A stretch of DNA of 63,316 nt, the filler included, from Squatina squatina (taxonomy: Eukaryota): NCBI GenBank assembly GCA_031763465.1. It is 4 parts of 4 records of this genome, joined end to end, with 100 filler letters (N's around TTAATTAATTAA, not from the genome) between each part and the next. Parts side by side here need not be neighbours in the genome. Positions count along the whole stretch, not along the records: positions 1 to 15,494 come from JARFOE010000046.1; positions 15,595 to 35,109 come from JARFOE010000051.1; 2 more parts are not named here. One strand, 5' to 3'. The notes below the pieces were generated by a model that was not told the DNA's origin, did not search any database, and was given only the letters and a program-made list of their open reading frames with translations. Both the position numbers and the translations under genes were made by a program. Numbering within the stretch: the first letter of the stretch is position 1; every line of letters starts with the position of its first letter. This document shows, one piece after another, positions 13,916-24,845 of this stretch.

Positions 13916-14063
13916 ATACTGAGGTCAGGATCGTCTGAATCCCAGATATAATCAATGGCTTTGATGTCCTCCTCATTCTCAATGTAGTCTGTGTACCGTT
14001 CAGATGACATACTGTATCGCCGAATTCGTACACTATCCGGCAAAAGCAAGATAGGAGGATTCC
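13916..14063 (-). CDS. Candidate NEK6 N-terminal extension exon (NPPILLLPDSVRIRRYSMSSERYTDYIENEEDIKAIDYIWDSDDPDLS)
   Basis: Polypyrimidine tract plus TTTCAG acceptor, open frame, AT|GTAAAC donor; phases (1 in, 2 out) fit both neighbours. No homology recognised. Confidence 0.4.
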
Positions 14064-14540
14064 CTGAAATTGAACAGGAAAAATTTAGAGTTTTGTCATA
14101 AACATCATCACTGTGACCCATTCAACAGCGTTTTGCCTGCAGATGTGGGTGTGCAGGTGCCCTGAGGTGGGCACAGAGTCTCTCTTGTGCAGTCCCATTT
14201 GCCTGAAATCCCTTTAGTTCCTCTCCTTCTTCCAGATAGGGGAATTCCCACTGGGAAATGCCTTTTAATGGTGCTGGGTAATTTTTTTTTAATTATAATT
14301 AGCACAGAGGCTCATGAGATTCCAAGAATCAGCAAAAAAAATGACAAATGGACTAGAAATGGCTTAAAACCCTTTTGAATGACTCCTGCTTTGGTACATT
14401 AAACCTTCTTCCACATATTGCTGAGAAGCCAACAACCCCTGGCAGCCATTTATAAGGACAATTATTTGAAGTGATCTGCACCCAATGTAAAGGCCAGAAA
14501 ATGTCACTTTCACATCATCGTATCACATGCATATTGTTAC

Positions 14541-14571
14541 CGTTTAGAAGATTGGTTCTTCGTCTGTCCAT
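14541..14571 (-). CDS. Candidate NEK6 first coding exon (MDRRRTNLLN)
   Basis: ATG at 14571-14569 and G|GTAACA donor in phase 1, matching the next candidate exon. Short, so it could be chance. Confidence 0.3.
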
Positions 14572-15248
14572 TCACTTGTTGCAAATGAAATGAGGCAGTG
14601 AACTGGCACGCAAGGGCCAATAACACCATGAAAATCAGTCCCCCTCATCTTAAGTTGACTCTACAGGGGTCATTTTCCAACGTATAAGGAGCATCGCACA
14701 CTGGGAAAGTCAGGCATATGATTTTCTGATCATGGCTGTGCACACCCAAATTTCTGATTGGCACGTTCAACAGGCAAGGCTCCTCACTGGAAGCATGAAG
14801 ATGGAAAACTGCTCCTCACCACTTGGGCCTAAACAGTCCACTGGAATTGACACGCACTCTCCCACGGGACGTCAAATAAGAAATCCTAGCATGTCTCAGA
14901 ATTCAGATTCTTGAGTGAAGATTGATGTGATGGCTAATTTTACACAGTGGCAAATGTCGAATGATGTCTCATTTGTTTATTTTTAACATACTAGAGAGAG
15001 AAACAAAATCCTGTGGAGACTGATCCAGTGTGTTAGCACACAGAATTAAAAATAACTCCTCACTTCCGAGAGCTAAAATAGCTTCATTGGTATTCATAAG
15101 GTGCCATTGTAGACCGGTGCACTCAGAATGACTGTACAGGTTCAGAATCTACCTCACAGCCATGAGTTGGACGAGGTCCATTACAAACTAAAACCAATAA
15201 TGTTATCACCCTGTAGTTAGTGCAGGTAACAGACAAATACTATTTAGA

Positions 15249-15494
15249 ATGTCTTTCGGATGAGACTTTAAACCGAGGCCCGATCTGTTCTCTCAGGTGG
15301 ACGTAAAAGATCCCATGGCATTATTTCGAAGAAGGATGGGGAAGCTATCTCCGGTGTTCTGGCCAATAATTATCCCTCAATCAACATCACTAAAACAGAT
15401 TATCTGGCCATTATCATATTGCTGTTTGTGGGAGCTTGCTGTGTGCAAATTGGCTGCCGCGTTTCCTACATTACAACAGTGACTACACTTCAAA
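15249..15494 (+). mobile_element. Deu-domain SINE (SacSINE1-like)
   Basis: gtctttcggatgagac...ccgaggccc...caggtggacgtaaaagatcccatggc...gctgtgtgcaaattggctgccgcgtttcc is the DeuSINE core; truncated by the gap. Confidence 0.85.
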
Positions 15495-15538
15495 NNNNNN
15501 NNNNNNNNNNNNNNNNNNNNNNNNNNNNNNNNNNNNNN

Positions 15539-15550
15539 TTAATTAATTAA
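15539..15550. other. Artificial scaffold linker TTAATTAATTAA
   Basis: All-frame stop 12-mer flanked by 44 N on each side; identical at 35154 and 49844. Confidence 0.97.
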
Positions 15551-16199
15551 NNNNNNNNNNNNNNNNNNNNNNNNNNNNNNNNNNNNNNNNNNNNTATCAT
15601 GTGACTCCCAGGATGGTAGAAGGTGAACCAGATGGACTCTGTCTTTTCTCTTCCTGGTAGAAACGGGGTTGGAGCTACCAAAACTAATTACATTTACCTC
15701 AAGCACATTGTTCTCACTTTGTGTCTGTCTGACAGACGTGACGTTTCGCTGCTTCTTGTGAGAAAGAAACTAATGCATTTGTGATTCTCATGAAAAGTTG
15801 ATGACGTTTTTAAATCATTCATACTGCCTGCTCCAAGTAGTAGAATATTGGACTGTCAGAATTTAATAAATGTTTAGAAAGTTCTACATTAATCAGCAAG
15901 AGATTCATCATTATTCTGTTTTGAAATACGGTATGGGAACGATAGTCTTTGCCTATATGATATCTCACAAAATAATGAGGGTTCTGTTGATTAATGTACT
16001 GGGCTGTATTTATATTCTGTGGAAATATCTCCTTCCCTACTTCAGGATGATAAATAGTTGCATCATTTTGCAAGTGTAGCTGTTTCTTTGCTCCCTCTTC
16101 CACATTAGTTGTGCATATCATGGATATATAAGTAGCTGTGTTCTGCTTCTGTTTCTTGCTAACTCTCTCTTAAGGCATAGAAGCCCAGGAAGTGTTTTA

Positions 16200-16550
16200 T
16201 TCAAGGGCTATTCAAAGGAAATATACCAGACTGATACCTGGGATGGCAGGACTCTCGTATGAGGAGGGATTGGGTCGACTGGGACTGTATTCACTAGAGT
16301 TTAGAAGAATGAGAGGGTTAGGGCTAACCCTCAGAATACGAGGTAAACCATTTAGGACTGAGATGAGGAAAAACTTCTTCACACAGAGGGTGGTGAACCT
16401 GTGGAATTCTCTACCACAGAAGGCTGTGGAGGCCAGGTCACCTAGTATATTCAAGGAGGAGATAGATAGATTTTTAGACACTAAAGACATCAAGGGGTTT
16501 GGGGAGAAAGCGAGAGTATGGCGATGAGATAGAGGGTCAGCCAGGATCAT
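16200..16550 (+). mobile_element. CR1 LINE 3' end (ORF2 C-terminus)
   Basis: TRLIPGMAGLSYEEGLGRLGLYSLEFRRMRG...NFFTQRVVNLWNSLP is the CR1 ORF2 C-terminus. Confidence 0.92.
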
Positions 16551-18519
16551 NNNNNNNNNNNNNNNNNNNNNNNNNNNNNNNNNNNNNNNNNNNNNNNNNN
16601 NNNNNNNNNNNNNNNNNNNNNNNNNNNNNNNNNNNNNNNNNNNNNNNNNNGGGCACTGGGATTCGGTTCGATTTAGAAAGAGTGCTGATAGAGACAGAAT
16701 GGCCTCCTCGCTTGCTGTAAGCGCCTGTGGTTTATGGCCGTTCCACTGGTTTATATCTCTGGCAATACTTGGAAAGCATAATTGATGCTATATTTGCCCA
16801 CATACCATTACAGCACCTCCACTGCACAGGAAGCTATGAGAGGTATGAAGGTGTTTTTCTGTGCATCCATTTTTTGTACATTCTACCTATCTCACTTTCC
16901 AGTGATGCTCCCACAGTAGATGCCACATCTATCACGGATCCAATGTGCAACGTACGATTGAAATGTAGAGCTACGCTACCTGACCTTAGTTGGACCTGTC
17001 ACATGATCCCAAAGACTACATTTAACTGATCCACACACATCAGGGATAGAATCTAAAGTCCTTTCTAAGCTGCATCTCTGATCTACATTGGATGATTGAA
17101 CTATTGGAGGATGGACCTACATCAATGGACCTTGCAGCACCCCAAGCCTCACATCCTATTGGCCCAATCAGGTATCACATTCCCTCGCTAATTATCAGCT
17201 CCTTGTCGAACCTATATTGGCTGATCAACACCAAAGGTGACAAAATGCATCAGGTGTTCCAAGTGAGAGGCGCTTCAGAACCTCTCCACATCAGAGCGCT
17301 AAATCTTTGTCGAAGACATTCCAGTTCTAGTCTCCTGACACTAATCTTCCTCACTGTGTATGCCTGAGGCATCACGAGATAACAAGTGATAGTTTGGAAG
17401 GAGTTATAAGGCTGTAATCCAATCAATGGCTGTACATCACAAGCACTGTGTTAAAGTCAAGGATTTTTAAGGTCATTTGATACCTCAGACTGCGTTTTAC
17501 CCATTTTATGTGTCTGAAGCAAAGCTGCTTTCTGTAACAGAGTCCAGAAGCACAATTTATTACGAGCAAGCCCCCTATGTTGGTCACTGTAAGTTGAGAG
17601 ATATGCTGTTTTATAATGACAAGAACATCCTATAATATTATTCTGCTGCAAAGGTGGATTTGAGTCCCTTTAACTGGGCATAAATAGGCATATCCAACAG
17701 ACAATTATAACTTAAATGCTGTTAGTGAAGGAAAGCTGCAGATTGGAGGGTGTTTATAAGCATCTGGTTCTGGGTCAAACAAAACCAGTGTGAAAGGAAT
17801 GTCTCCTTTATTTATANNNNNNNNNNNNNNNNNNNNNNNNNNNNNNNNNNNNNNNNNNNNNNNNNNNNNNNNNNNNNNNNNNNNNNNNNNNNNNNNNNNN
17901 NNNNNNNNNNNNNNNNNNNNNNNNNNNNNNNNNNNNNNNNNNNNNNNNNNNNNNNNNNNNNNNNNNNNNNNNNNNNNNNNNNNNNNNNNNNNNNNNNNNN
18001 NNNNNNNNNNNNNNNNNNNNNNNNNNNNNNNNNNNNNNNNNNNNNNNNNNNNNNNNNNNNNNNNNNNNNNNNNNNNNNNNNNNNNNNNNNNNNNNNNNNN
18101 NNNNNNNNNNNNNNNNNNNNNNNNNNNNNNNNNNNNNNNNNNNNNNNNNNNNNNNNNNNNNNNNNNNNNNNNNNNNNNNNNNNNNNNNNNNNNNNNNNNN
18201 NNNNNNNNNNNNNNNNNNNNNNNNNNNNNNNNNNNNNNNNNNNNNNNNNNNNNNNNNNNNNNNNNNNNNNNNNNNNNNNNNNNNNNNNNNNNNNNNNNNN
18301 NNNNNNNNNNNNNNNNNNNNNNNNNNNNNNNNNNNNNNNNNNNNNNNNNNNNNNNNNNNNNNNNNNNNNNNNNNNNNNNNNNNNNNNNNNNNNNNNNNNN
18401 NNNNNNNNNNNNNNNNNNNNNNNNNNNNNNNNNNNNNNNNNNNNNNNNNNNNNNNNNNNNNNNNNNNNNNNNNNNNNNNNNNNNNNNNNNNNNNNNNNNN
18501 NNNNNNNNNNNTGTGCACT

Positions 18520-19100
18520 GACCATAGAACTATAGAAGTTAACAAGGCCAACCGGCCCATTGTGATCGTGCCAGCTCTTTGCTAGAGCAATGCCAAACCA
18601 GTCCGACTGCCTTCCTCTGTCCACATGTCTTCCACTGCCTCAAATAGTGTAACTACAACAGTTGATTTGACCCAGCATCCACAGCCTTTTGAGAGAGAGC
18701 GTTCCAAATTATATTACCCTTTGTGTGGAAAATGTACACTCCTTAATGGCCTCGCTCTAATTATAAGATTGTGCCCCCTTGTTCTGGAATCCCACACCAG
18801 AGGAAATTGTTTCTCTGTATCTACTCTGTCGAATCCCTTTATCATTTTAAACACCTTGATTGGATAGTCCCTCAACCATCTAAACCCAAGGCAATACAAG
18901 CCAAGTTTGTGCAACTAGTCCTCGCAATTTAATCCTTTAAGCCCCGGTATCATTCTAGTGAATCCGCGATGTACCCCCTCCAAGGCCAATATATCCTTTA
19001 CCGAGAGTCCAAAAATTGAACTCAGTACAGTACTCCAGATGTGACCTGAGCAAGGCTCTGTACAACTGAAGCGTAACTGCCTCCCCATTATATTCCATCC
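18520..19100 (-). mobile_element. CR1 LINE 3' end, decayed
   Basis: Frameshifted ORFs KDILALEGVHRGFTRMIPGLKGL and VFKMIKGFDRVDTEK...RTRGHNL. Confidence 0.9.
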
Positions 19101-19629
19101 CAATTATATAGCACAGTTCATTCGTATACTACGAAGCTGACTGCCCAGCGAAAGGTACGAACATGACCACGACTCATGGTGAATCCATGAGTGCAAAAAT
19201 GAGCAAAGGCTTGGTAGCTACTGGCTGGGGAGGGGTATCAGAAGCGGAGTGCACCTCAGCCATCCTTGCTACCTCCTTTGTGGTTGGTTGGAGTGTGGCA
19301 TTGTCAGCAACTGTGGGGAGGAAAAATATCTTTTCAACTGGAATGGTGGTGAGGTTACCAATGGAAACTACAATTAAGAAGGTCCAATTATTCCCCTCCT
19401 AGAGAGCTAACAATGTACTTTTCTGTTTGAACCCTAGCTGATTTTTTCCCCTTCCTAGCCCAGGGGCAATGCATGTCTGTTTATCCAGTTTGCCTGTTTA
19501 TCTATCTTTATATCTGTCGATTTATATTAGATATGCCCATTGTTTCCTGTTTGCCTTGTCAATGTACCTATATTTCTCTAATAACAAGAGTATTTTATCA
19601 TTTAGAGTGCATAACAATATCTATCTATA

Positions 19630-19990
19630 AAAGAAAATAAACGAAAGACTTGCATTTCTATAGCGCCTTTCACGACCACCGGGCATCTCAAAGTGCTTTA
19701 CAGCCAATGAAGTACTTTGGGAGTGTAGTCACTGCTGTGATGTAGAAAGCGCAGCAGCCAATTTGTGCACAGCAAGCTCCCACAAACAGCAATGTGACAA
19801 TGAGCAGATAGTCTGTTAAGAGATGTTGATTGAGGGATAAATATTAGCCAGGACACTGGGGAGAACTCCCCCTGCTCTTCTTCAAATTGTGGCCGTTGGG
19901 ATCTTTTACGTCCACCTGAGAGAGTAGACGGGGCCTCGGTTTAATGTCTCATCCGAAAGATGGCACCTCCGACAGTGCGGCGCTCCTTCA
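19630..19990 (-). mobile_element. Deu-domain SINE (SacSINE1-like) whose 5' part is replaced by a tandem array
   Basis: Reverse complement of the SINE at 15249; tail aaagacttgcatttctatagcgcctttcacgacc. Confidence 0.9.
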
Positions 19991-20277
19991 GTACTGCCGC
20001 TCCGACAATACAGCGCTCCCTCAGTACTGCCCCTCCAACAGTGCAGCGCTGACTCAGTACTGCCCCTCCGACAGTGCAGCGCTCCCTCAGTACTGCCCCT
20101 CCGACAGTGCAGCGCTCACTCAGTACTGCCCCTCCGACAGTGCAGCGCTCCCTCAGTACTGCCCCTCCGACAGTGCAGCGCTCCCTCAGTACTGCCCCTC
20201 TGACAGTGCAGCGCTCCCTCAGTACTGCCCCTCCGACAGTGCAGCGCTCCCTCAGTACTGACTCTCCGACAGTGCAG
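19967..20277. repeat. 33-bp minisatellite, ~9.4 copies (ctccgacagtgcagcgctccctcagtactgccc)
   Basis: Direct tandem copies continuous with the adjacent SINE sequence. Confidence 0.97.
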
Positions 20278-20619
20278 GTTTTGGGCCCACCACCAGGTTT
20301 TTATAGAAGGCCGACAATTTTCAAAGCGCCCCATTCCTGAAAATTCGGGGATGGCATGTTTTTGCAAAGCTATTTAATATTTAAAAGCCCTTCCCCAAAA
20401 CACGAAACACCTCTGGGTGCCACGTTATGTACTCAGCCCCCGGCAAATGGAGAGATAACAGTGTGAAGGCTCACTGCTCCATTTCTCTCCCTCTGCAACC
20501 GCCCCCGTTTCACCAACTCCCCAGCACAATAGAGAAGCAACTGGGGGCTTCTGTCCAGAGTTAATTCAGGCCTGTTGATTAATTCCATTAGGGAAATGCC
20601 TTAGTGTGGGGATTGGGGA

Positions 20620-20885
20620 AGGGGTCTGGTGGAGGGGGTTCAGGTGGGCGGGGATCTGGGAGGTGAGGTCTGTGGGTGGGGTCTGGGAGGTGAGTTCTGG
20701 GTGATGGGGTCCGGGGGGTGGGGTCTGTGAGGTGCGGTCAGAGGGGTGGGGTTTGCGGGGAGAGGTCTGGGAGGTGGGGTCTGGGAGGTGGGGTCTGGGG
20801 GGAGGGGTCTGGGGGGAGGGGTCTGGGAGGTGGGGTCTGTGGGGAGGGGTCTGTGGGGAGGGGTCTGGGTGGCGGGGAGGGATCT
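20620..20885 (+). repeat. G-rich degenerate ~14-15-bp tandem repeat (gggaggtggggtct)
   Basis: Repeated ggggtct units; many G3-G6 runs with G-quadruplex potential. Confidence 0.85.
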
Positions 20886-21169
20886 GATCCATTGGCTGGA
20901 GGGTTTGTACAGTAATGAAGGTTCCACTTGCTTCGGGTGACCTGGTCAGAGGATAGAGCAGGAATTTGGTGGAATCAGTTCCGCCAGTTGTCCCACCCTC
21001 AATCGCTCTGCTCGTGCCCCAAGTCAGGGAGCTGGAAGATGAACATCTATCTATCATTCTAATCTATTAAAAAGGATGGGGGCCCATTAGGTGAAGGGTT
21101 AAACTGAGATATAACCCTGCTCGAGGGGAATTTATTGTACCTGTACAGGTGACCTCGTACAGTAAACCC

Positions 21170-21843
21170 GGAGAGTTGGCATGCAGGTACAGCAATCAAT
21201 TAGGAAGGCAAATGGCATGTTGGCCTTTATTGTAAAGGGGTTTAGAATACACAAGTAAGGAAGTCTTATTACATTTGTACAAGGCTCTGGTGAGGCCACA
21301 GTTGTGGTCTCCTTATCTGAGGAAGGACATACACGCCTTCGAAGCGGTGCAACAAAGGTTCATTCGATTGATTCCTGGGATGAGAAGACTGTCCTGTGAG
21401 GAGGGATTGAATAGATTGGGCCGACACTCTCTGGAGTTGAGAAGAATGGGAGGTGATCACATTGAAACTGATAAGATTCTTAGGGGATTGAGAGGCGAGA
21501 TGTTGAGAGGTTGTTTCCCCTGGCTGGAGAGTCTGGAAGTAGGTGGTGCAGTCTCGGGATAAAGGGTCGGCCACTTAACACTGAGATGAGGAGGAATTTC
21601 TTCCCTCAGAGGATTGTGAATCTTTGGAATTCTCTCCCCCAGAGAGCTGTGGATGCTCAGTCATTGAATATATTCACGGCTGAGCTCGATAGATTTTTGG
21701 CCTCTGGGGGAATCAAGGGGTTTGGTGATCAGGCGGGAAAGTGGAGTTGAGGCCGAAGACCAGCCACGATGTTATTGAATGGCGGAACAGGCTCGAGGGG
21801 CCGAATGGCCAACTCCAGAAACTAATTCTTATGCTCCTATGTT
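21170..21843 (+). mobile_element. CR1 LINE 3' end with tail
   Basis: YKALVRPQL...RKDIHAFEAVQQRFIRLIPGM and NFFPQRIVNLWNSLP; tail ggccgaatggcc...cttatgctcctatg. Confidence 0.93.
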
Positions 21844-21860
21844 ATTTTTTCTTTCCACAG

Positions 21861-22143
21861 AAGTAAATTTGGCACTGAATGGGACTGCAACCCAATCTCA
21901 AACAGATCACAGAGGAATAGCATCTCGAGGCAATGATGGCATTGCAGACATGCATTGGAATCGTCACTCGTGCACACACACCAAAAGAATGTCTAACCCA
22001 TGGTGGAGAGTCGACTTAAAGCACAAGTACCGCGTGGCGAAAGTGAATATCACTAACAGAGCAGACTGCTGCACGAAACGGCTCTCAGGAGCAGAGATTC
22101 GCATCGGGAACTCGCTGGACAACAACGGAAATTCCAACCCACT
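21861..22143 (+). CDS. F-type lectin (fucolectin) domain exon, N-terminal part
   Basis: NLALNGTATQS...DG...SCTHT...PWWRVDL...ITNRADCCTKRLSGAEIRIGNS with an exact H-x26-R-x-D-x4-R fucose-binding motif; TTTCCACAG acceptor, CT|GTAACT donor. Confidence 0.93.
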
Positions 22144-22690
22144 GTAACTAGACAGCAGCAAGCGCTGCACTTTTAAAGCTGTACATTAGTGGGACGTGTT
22201 GTATATTTTTTCAGGCAGTTTAATGGTGACTGATGTATTGAAGAGCAGCCTCTTGTGTTGTTCTTACATCGATCGATCTATGAATCTCACAGAGGGTCAC
22301 AACATTCAGTTGGACTCTGCATTGTAAACTCCCATCAGATTGCATCGCACTAGCAACTTAGGTTGCCAAATTGGCTTGTTTTTTGCGCCGTTTCTGCACC
22401 ATTTTGTTAAACTGACATTGGTACCTTTAAAAACATTTTGGGTGGGCTCTAAATAGGGCTTTACATCAGCATAACTGTGTGCAGGTGTGGCGCTAAGTGG
22501 GCGAGAAAGGTTTCACAGGACCAATTCCTGGAAAGATCTGATCAGGATCAATCATTTACCAGGCCACCTCAGCCCTTAAAGGGGATGTTTGCTGTGAGCC
22601 AAGCACTGGTCATTTTTGTCAGAGTGAGTGAGTACCTTGTGTCGGGTTGATATTCTGAGCTGTTAGTCTGCACTATTTTGTTTCGAAGGC

Positions 22691-24516
22691 ATGGCAGTTA
22701 CTGGGAGAGGGGCGAGGGTCCCCAAGTTCAGTGACACAGTCCTTGAGACTCTGCTAGCTGCAGTTGAATCGAGCGTGGCCAGGCTCTTCGCAAGAGGAGG
22801 CAGAAGGGGAAGTGCTCAACTCGAGGGGCTTGTGGACGGAGATGGCCACAGAGGTGTCAACTTCAGATGTTGTGGCATGGTTCCAGCAATCAATGTCAGA
22901 AGAGGTTTAATGACCTTACAAGTCTAGTTAAGGTGAGTGTTATGTTGGCATAACTGGTGAAGTGTTGTGAAAGCATTGTCACTGTATTGATTGGAAGAAA
23001 TGAGCTTATTGAAGATGTAATGACAATGGGACTATGCATGTTATTGGGATGGAAGGTTTGAACAGATCTTCTTGGTAATGACGTGGAGAGGGAGAATGCA
23101 TGTGAAGTATAGGCCTTAATTTAGTTGTCCTTTTATCTGCAGGCAAACTGACCAGCAATAGTGCAGAGCAGATGCACACAGGAGGTGGTGAGGGGAGTGA
23201 TGTACTGCTCTCGGATCTAGAGCAAGACATTCCCCGCATCATTGGGGGGGCAGACGTTGGCCAGCCAGTGGCCTGGGGCGGGGGATGTGTCACCTCCCAC
23301 TGCAGATGAGGGTAAGTGAAACAGTAAGGAAGCAATATTGAGAATTCTGCCTATGTGTTCTGCACATGAAGGCCATTGCTATGGTGGTATGGTGGCTCTC
23401 CCTATCCCAGCTCCCTTCCCCATTTACCTTTATGTATGTGTCCTGCAATTGTTTCTTTCAAAACATGCTTCATCCCCAAAGACGGAAGTGCTCGGCGAGG
23501 AAGGGAGCGAGTGCGTGGAGGCCTCATACATTTTTGAAGATCCCACCTAAAATATTCAGCTTGAGGATGTGGATGTGGTTGGTTGGGGAGGGGCGGGAGG
23601 GGAGGACGGGGATGAGGGGGACCACATGAGTGGTGTATGCACCGCGACACACCTTACGCTTTTCTCAGGCGCCAGCTCCTAGGCATGAACCTCGCGTACC
23701 TTAGAGGTTAGGTCCTGCCGTGGGTCAACACTGGGAGATGCACAGGGTCCCAGTGGGGTACAGCAGGGTATGAGACCAAGGGAAGCTAGTGTGGCAATGG
23801 CCGGAGGGTCGCTTCGCTAGTCAGCACTGCTGGTAATGGCTCAGATGAGGACCGTGGCTGGTCAAGCGTCAATGACAACGCTGCCAGAGAGCCTCGTAGA
23901 GGTGCTGAGGATCGTGGACCTCTGCACAAGCCTTACAGCCCATCATTGGGTCACTGAGATCCATGACAGACTCGCACATCAAATGTGAGGATCCAGCCAC
24001 CATGAGACATCTCATGGGTGGTGATGTGACATCTGCCATTGCAGTGCAGGCCACAGGAAGACAACAGCTTGCTGGTGCAGTGGGAGCCCTGGTTGCCCTC
24101 ATGCTGAGGCTGCTCTTAGGCAACTGGTGGCTGATGCCATGCGGGAAGTGCTTGTTGGTCTCCATGCAGATTCTGCTCTGCGACAGTCTCAGCTGGAGGC
24201 CATGCAGGCACTGACTGCTGCCATCGCAACAGGGTCGATCGCGGGAGAGCGGGGGCCAACGGTACCGTGGCAGTCCGGCCCTCTGCCCTCCCTCCGACTG
24301 CTGGGGATGTTGATGCTCTGCCCCGGAGGAGTATCATTTGAGTCCCCCGCCCAGGAGCCTGCTGCCCTGTCTCAGTGTGACAGCAGTCCTGCAACTGGCA
24401 GCAGCACTCCGTCCTTGACTGACCTCATTCCTAGGTCCGGCGAGCCTCAGCGTGTCGACACTACCGTTGATATACCGCAAGCTGCAGCTGACCCCTCTAG
24501 CGTTAAAGCTCTGTGA
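22691..24516 (+). pseudogene. Harbinger Myb/SANT-like DNA-binding gene with introns (exons ~22691-22932, 23143-23311, then to ~24516)
   Basis: RVPKFSDTVLETLL...W..MATEV...QCQKRFNDL|gtgagt, then cag|KLTSN...HTGGG; frameshifted. Confidence 0.8.
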
Positions 24517-24845
24517 GGGCACCCCAAGGGGCAATCTTTTATCATGGCTACAGACTCTCAGTAGCCTGGTCCCAGCCATACTGTACCCACAAATCCCCCA
24601 GTTAGGAGAAGCAGTAGGGTTGAAACTAGGAGAAGGGAAGATAAGGTTGCACATTAGTTGTGGGTGGGGTGACTGAATTGCATTCTATTTTGTTCTTTAA
24701 TGCTTTCCTTAAACATGTTAATTTTCCTAAAGCTTGAACTTTTTTTTGAAGAACGGTTGTAAAGAATTCTGCTCAGCAACAGACGTGACCTCGTAGTTAA
24801 GGGGTGTGACGGAAGGGTGCAGTAATTTCATCAACAGAATCTATC

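Noticed and set aside
17750-18624. Long ORFs spanning N runs (also 4108-4669, 46140-46937, 51164-51818)
   Set aside because: Artefacts of translating gaps as X.
19175-19310. Minus-strand exon-like segment with a strong acceptor (ADNATLQPTTKEVARMAEV...)
   Set aside because: Isolated between repeats with no partner exons; most likely a transposon-gene remnant, and I cannot support more.
20566-21057. Pro-rich and Gly-rich ORFs
   Set aside because: Translations of the G-rich tandem repeat.
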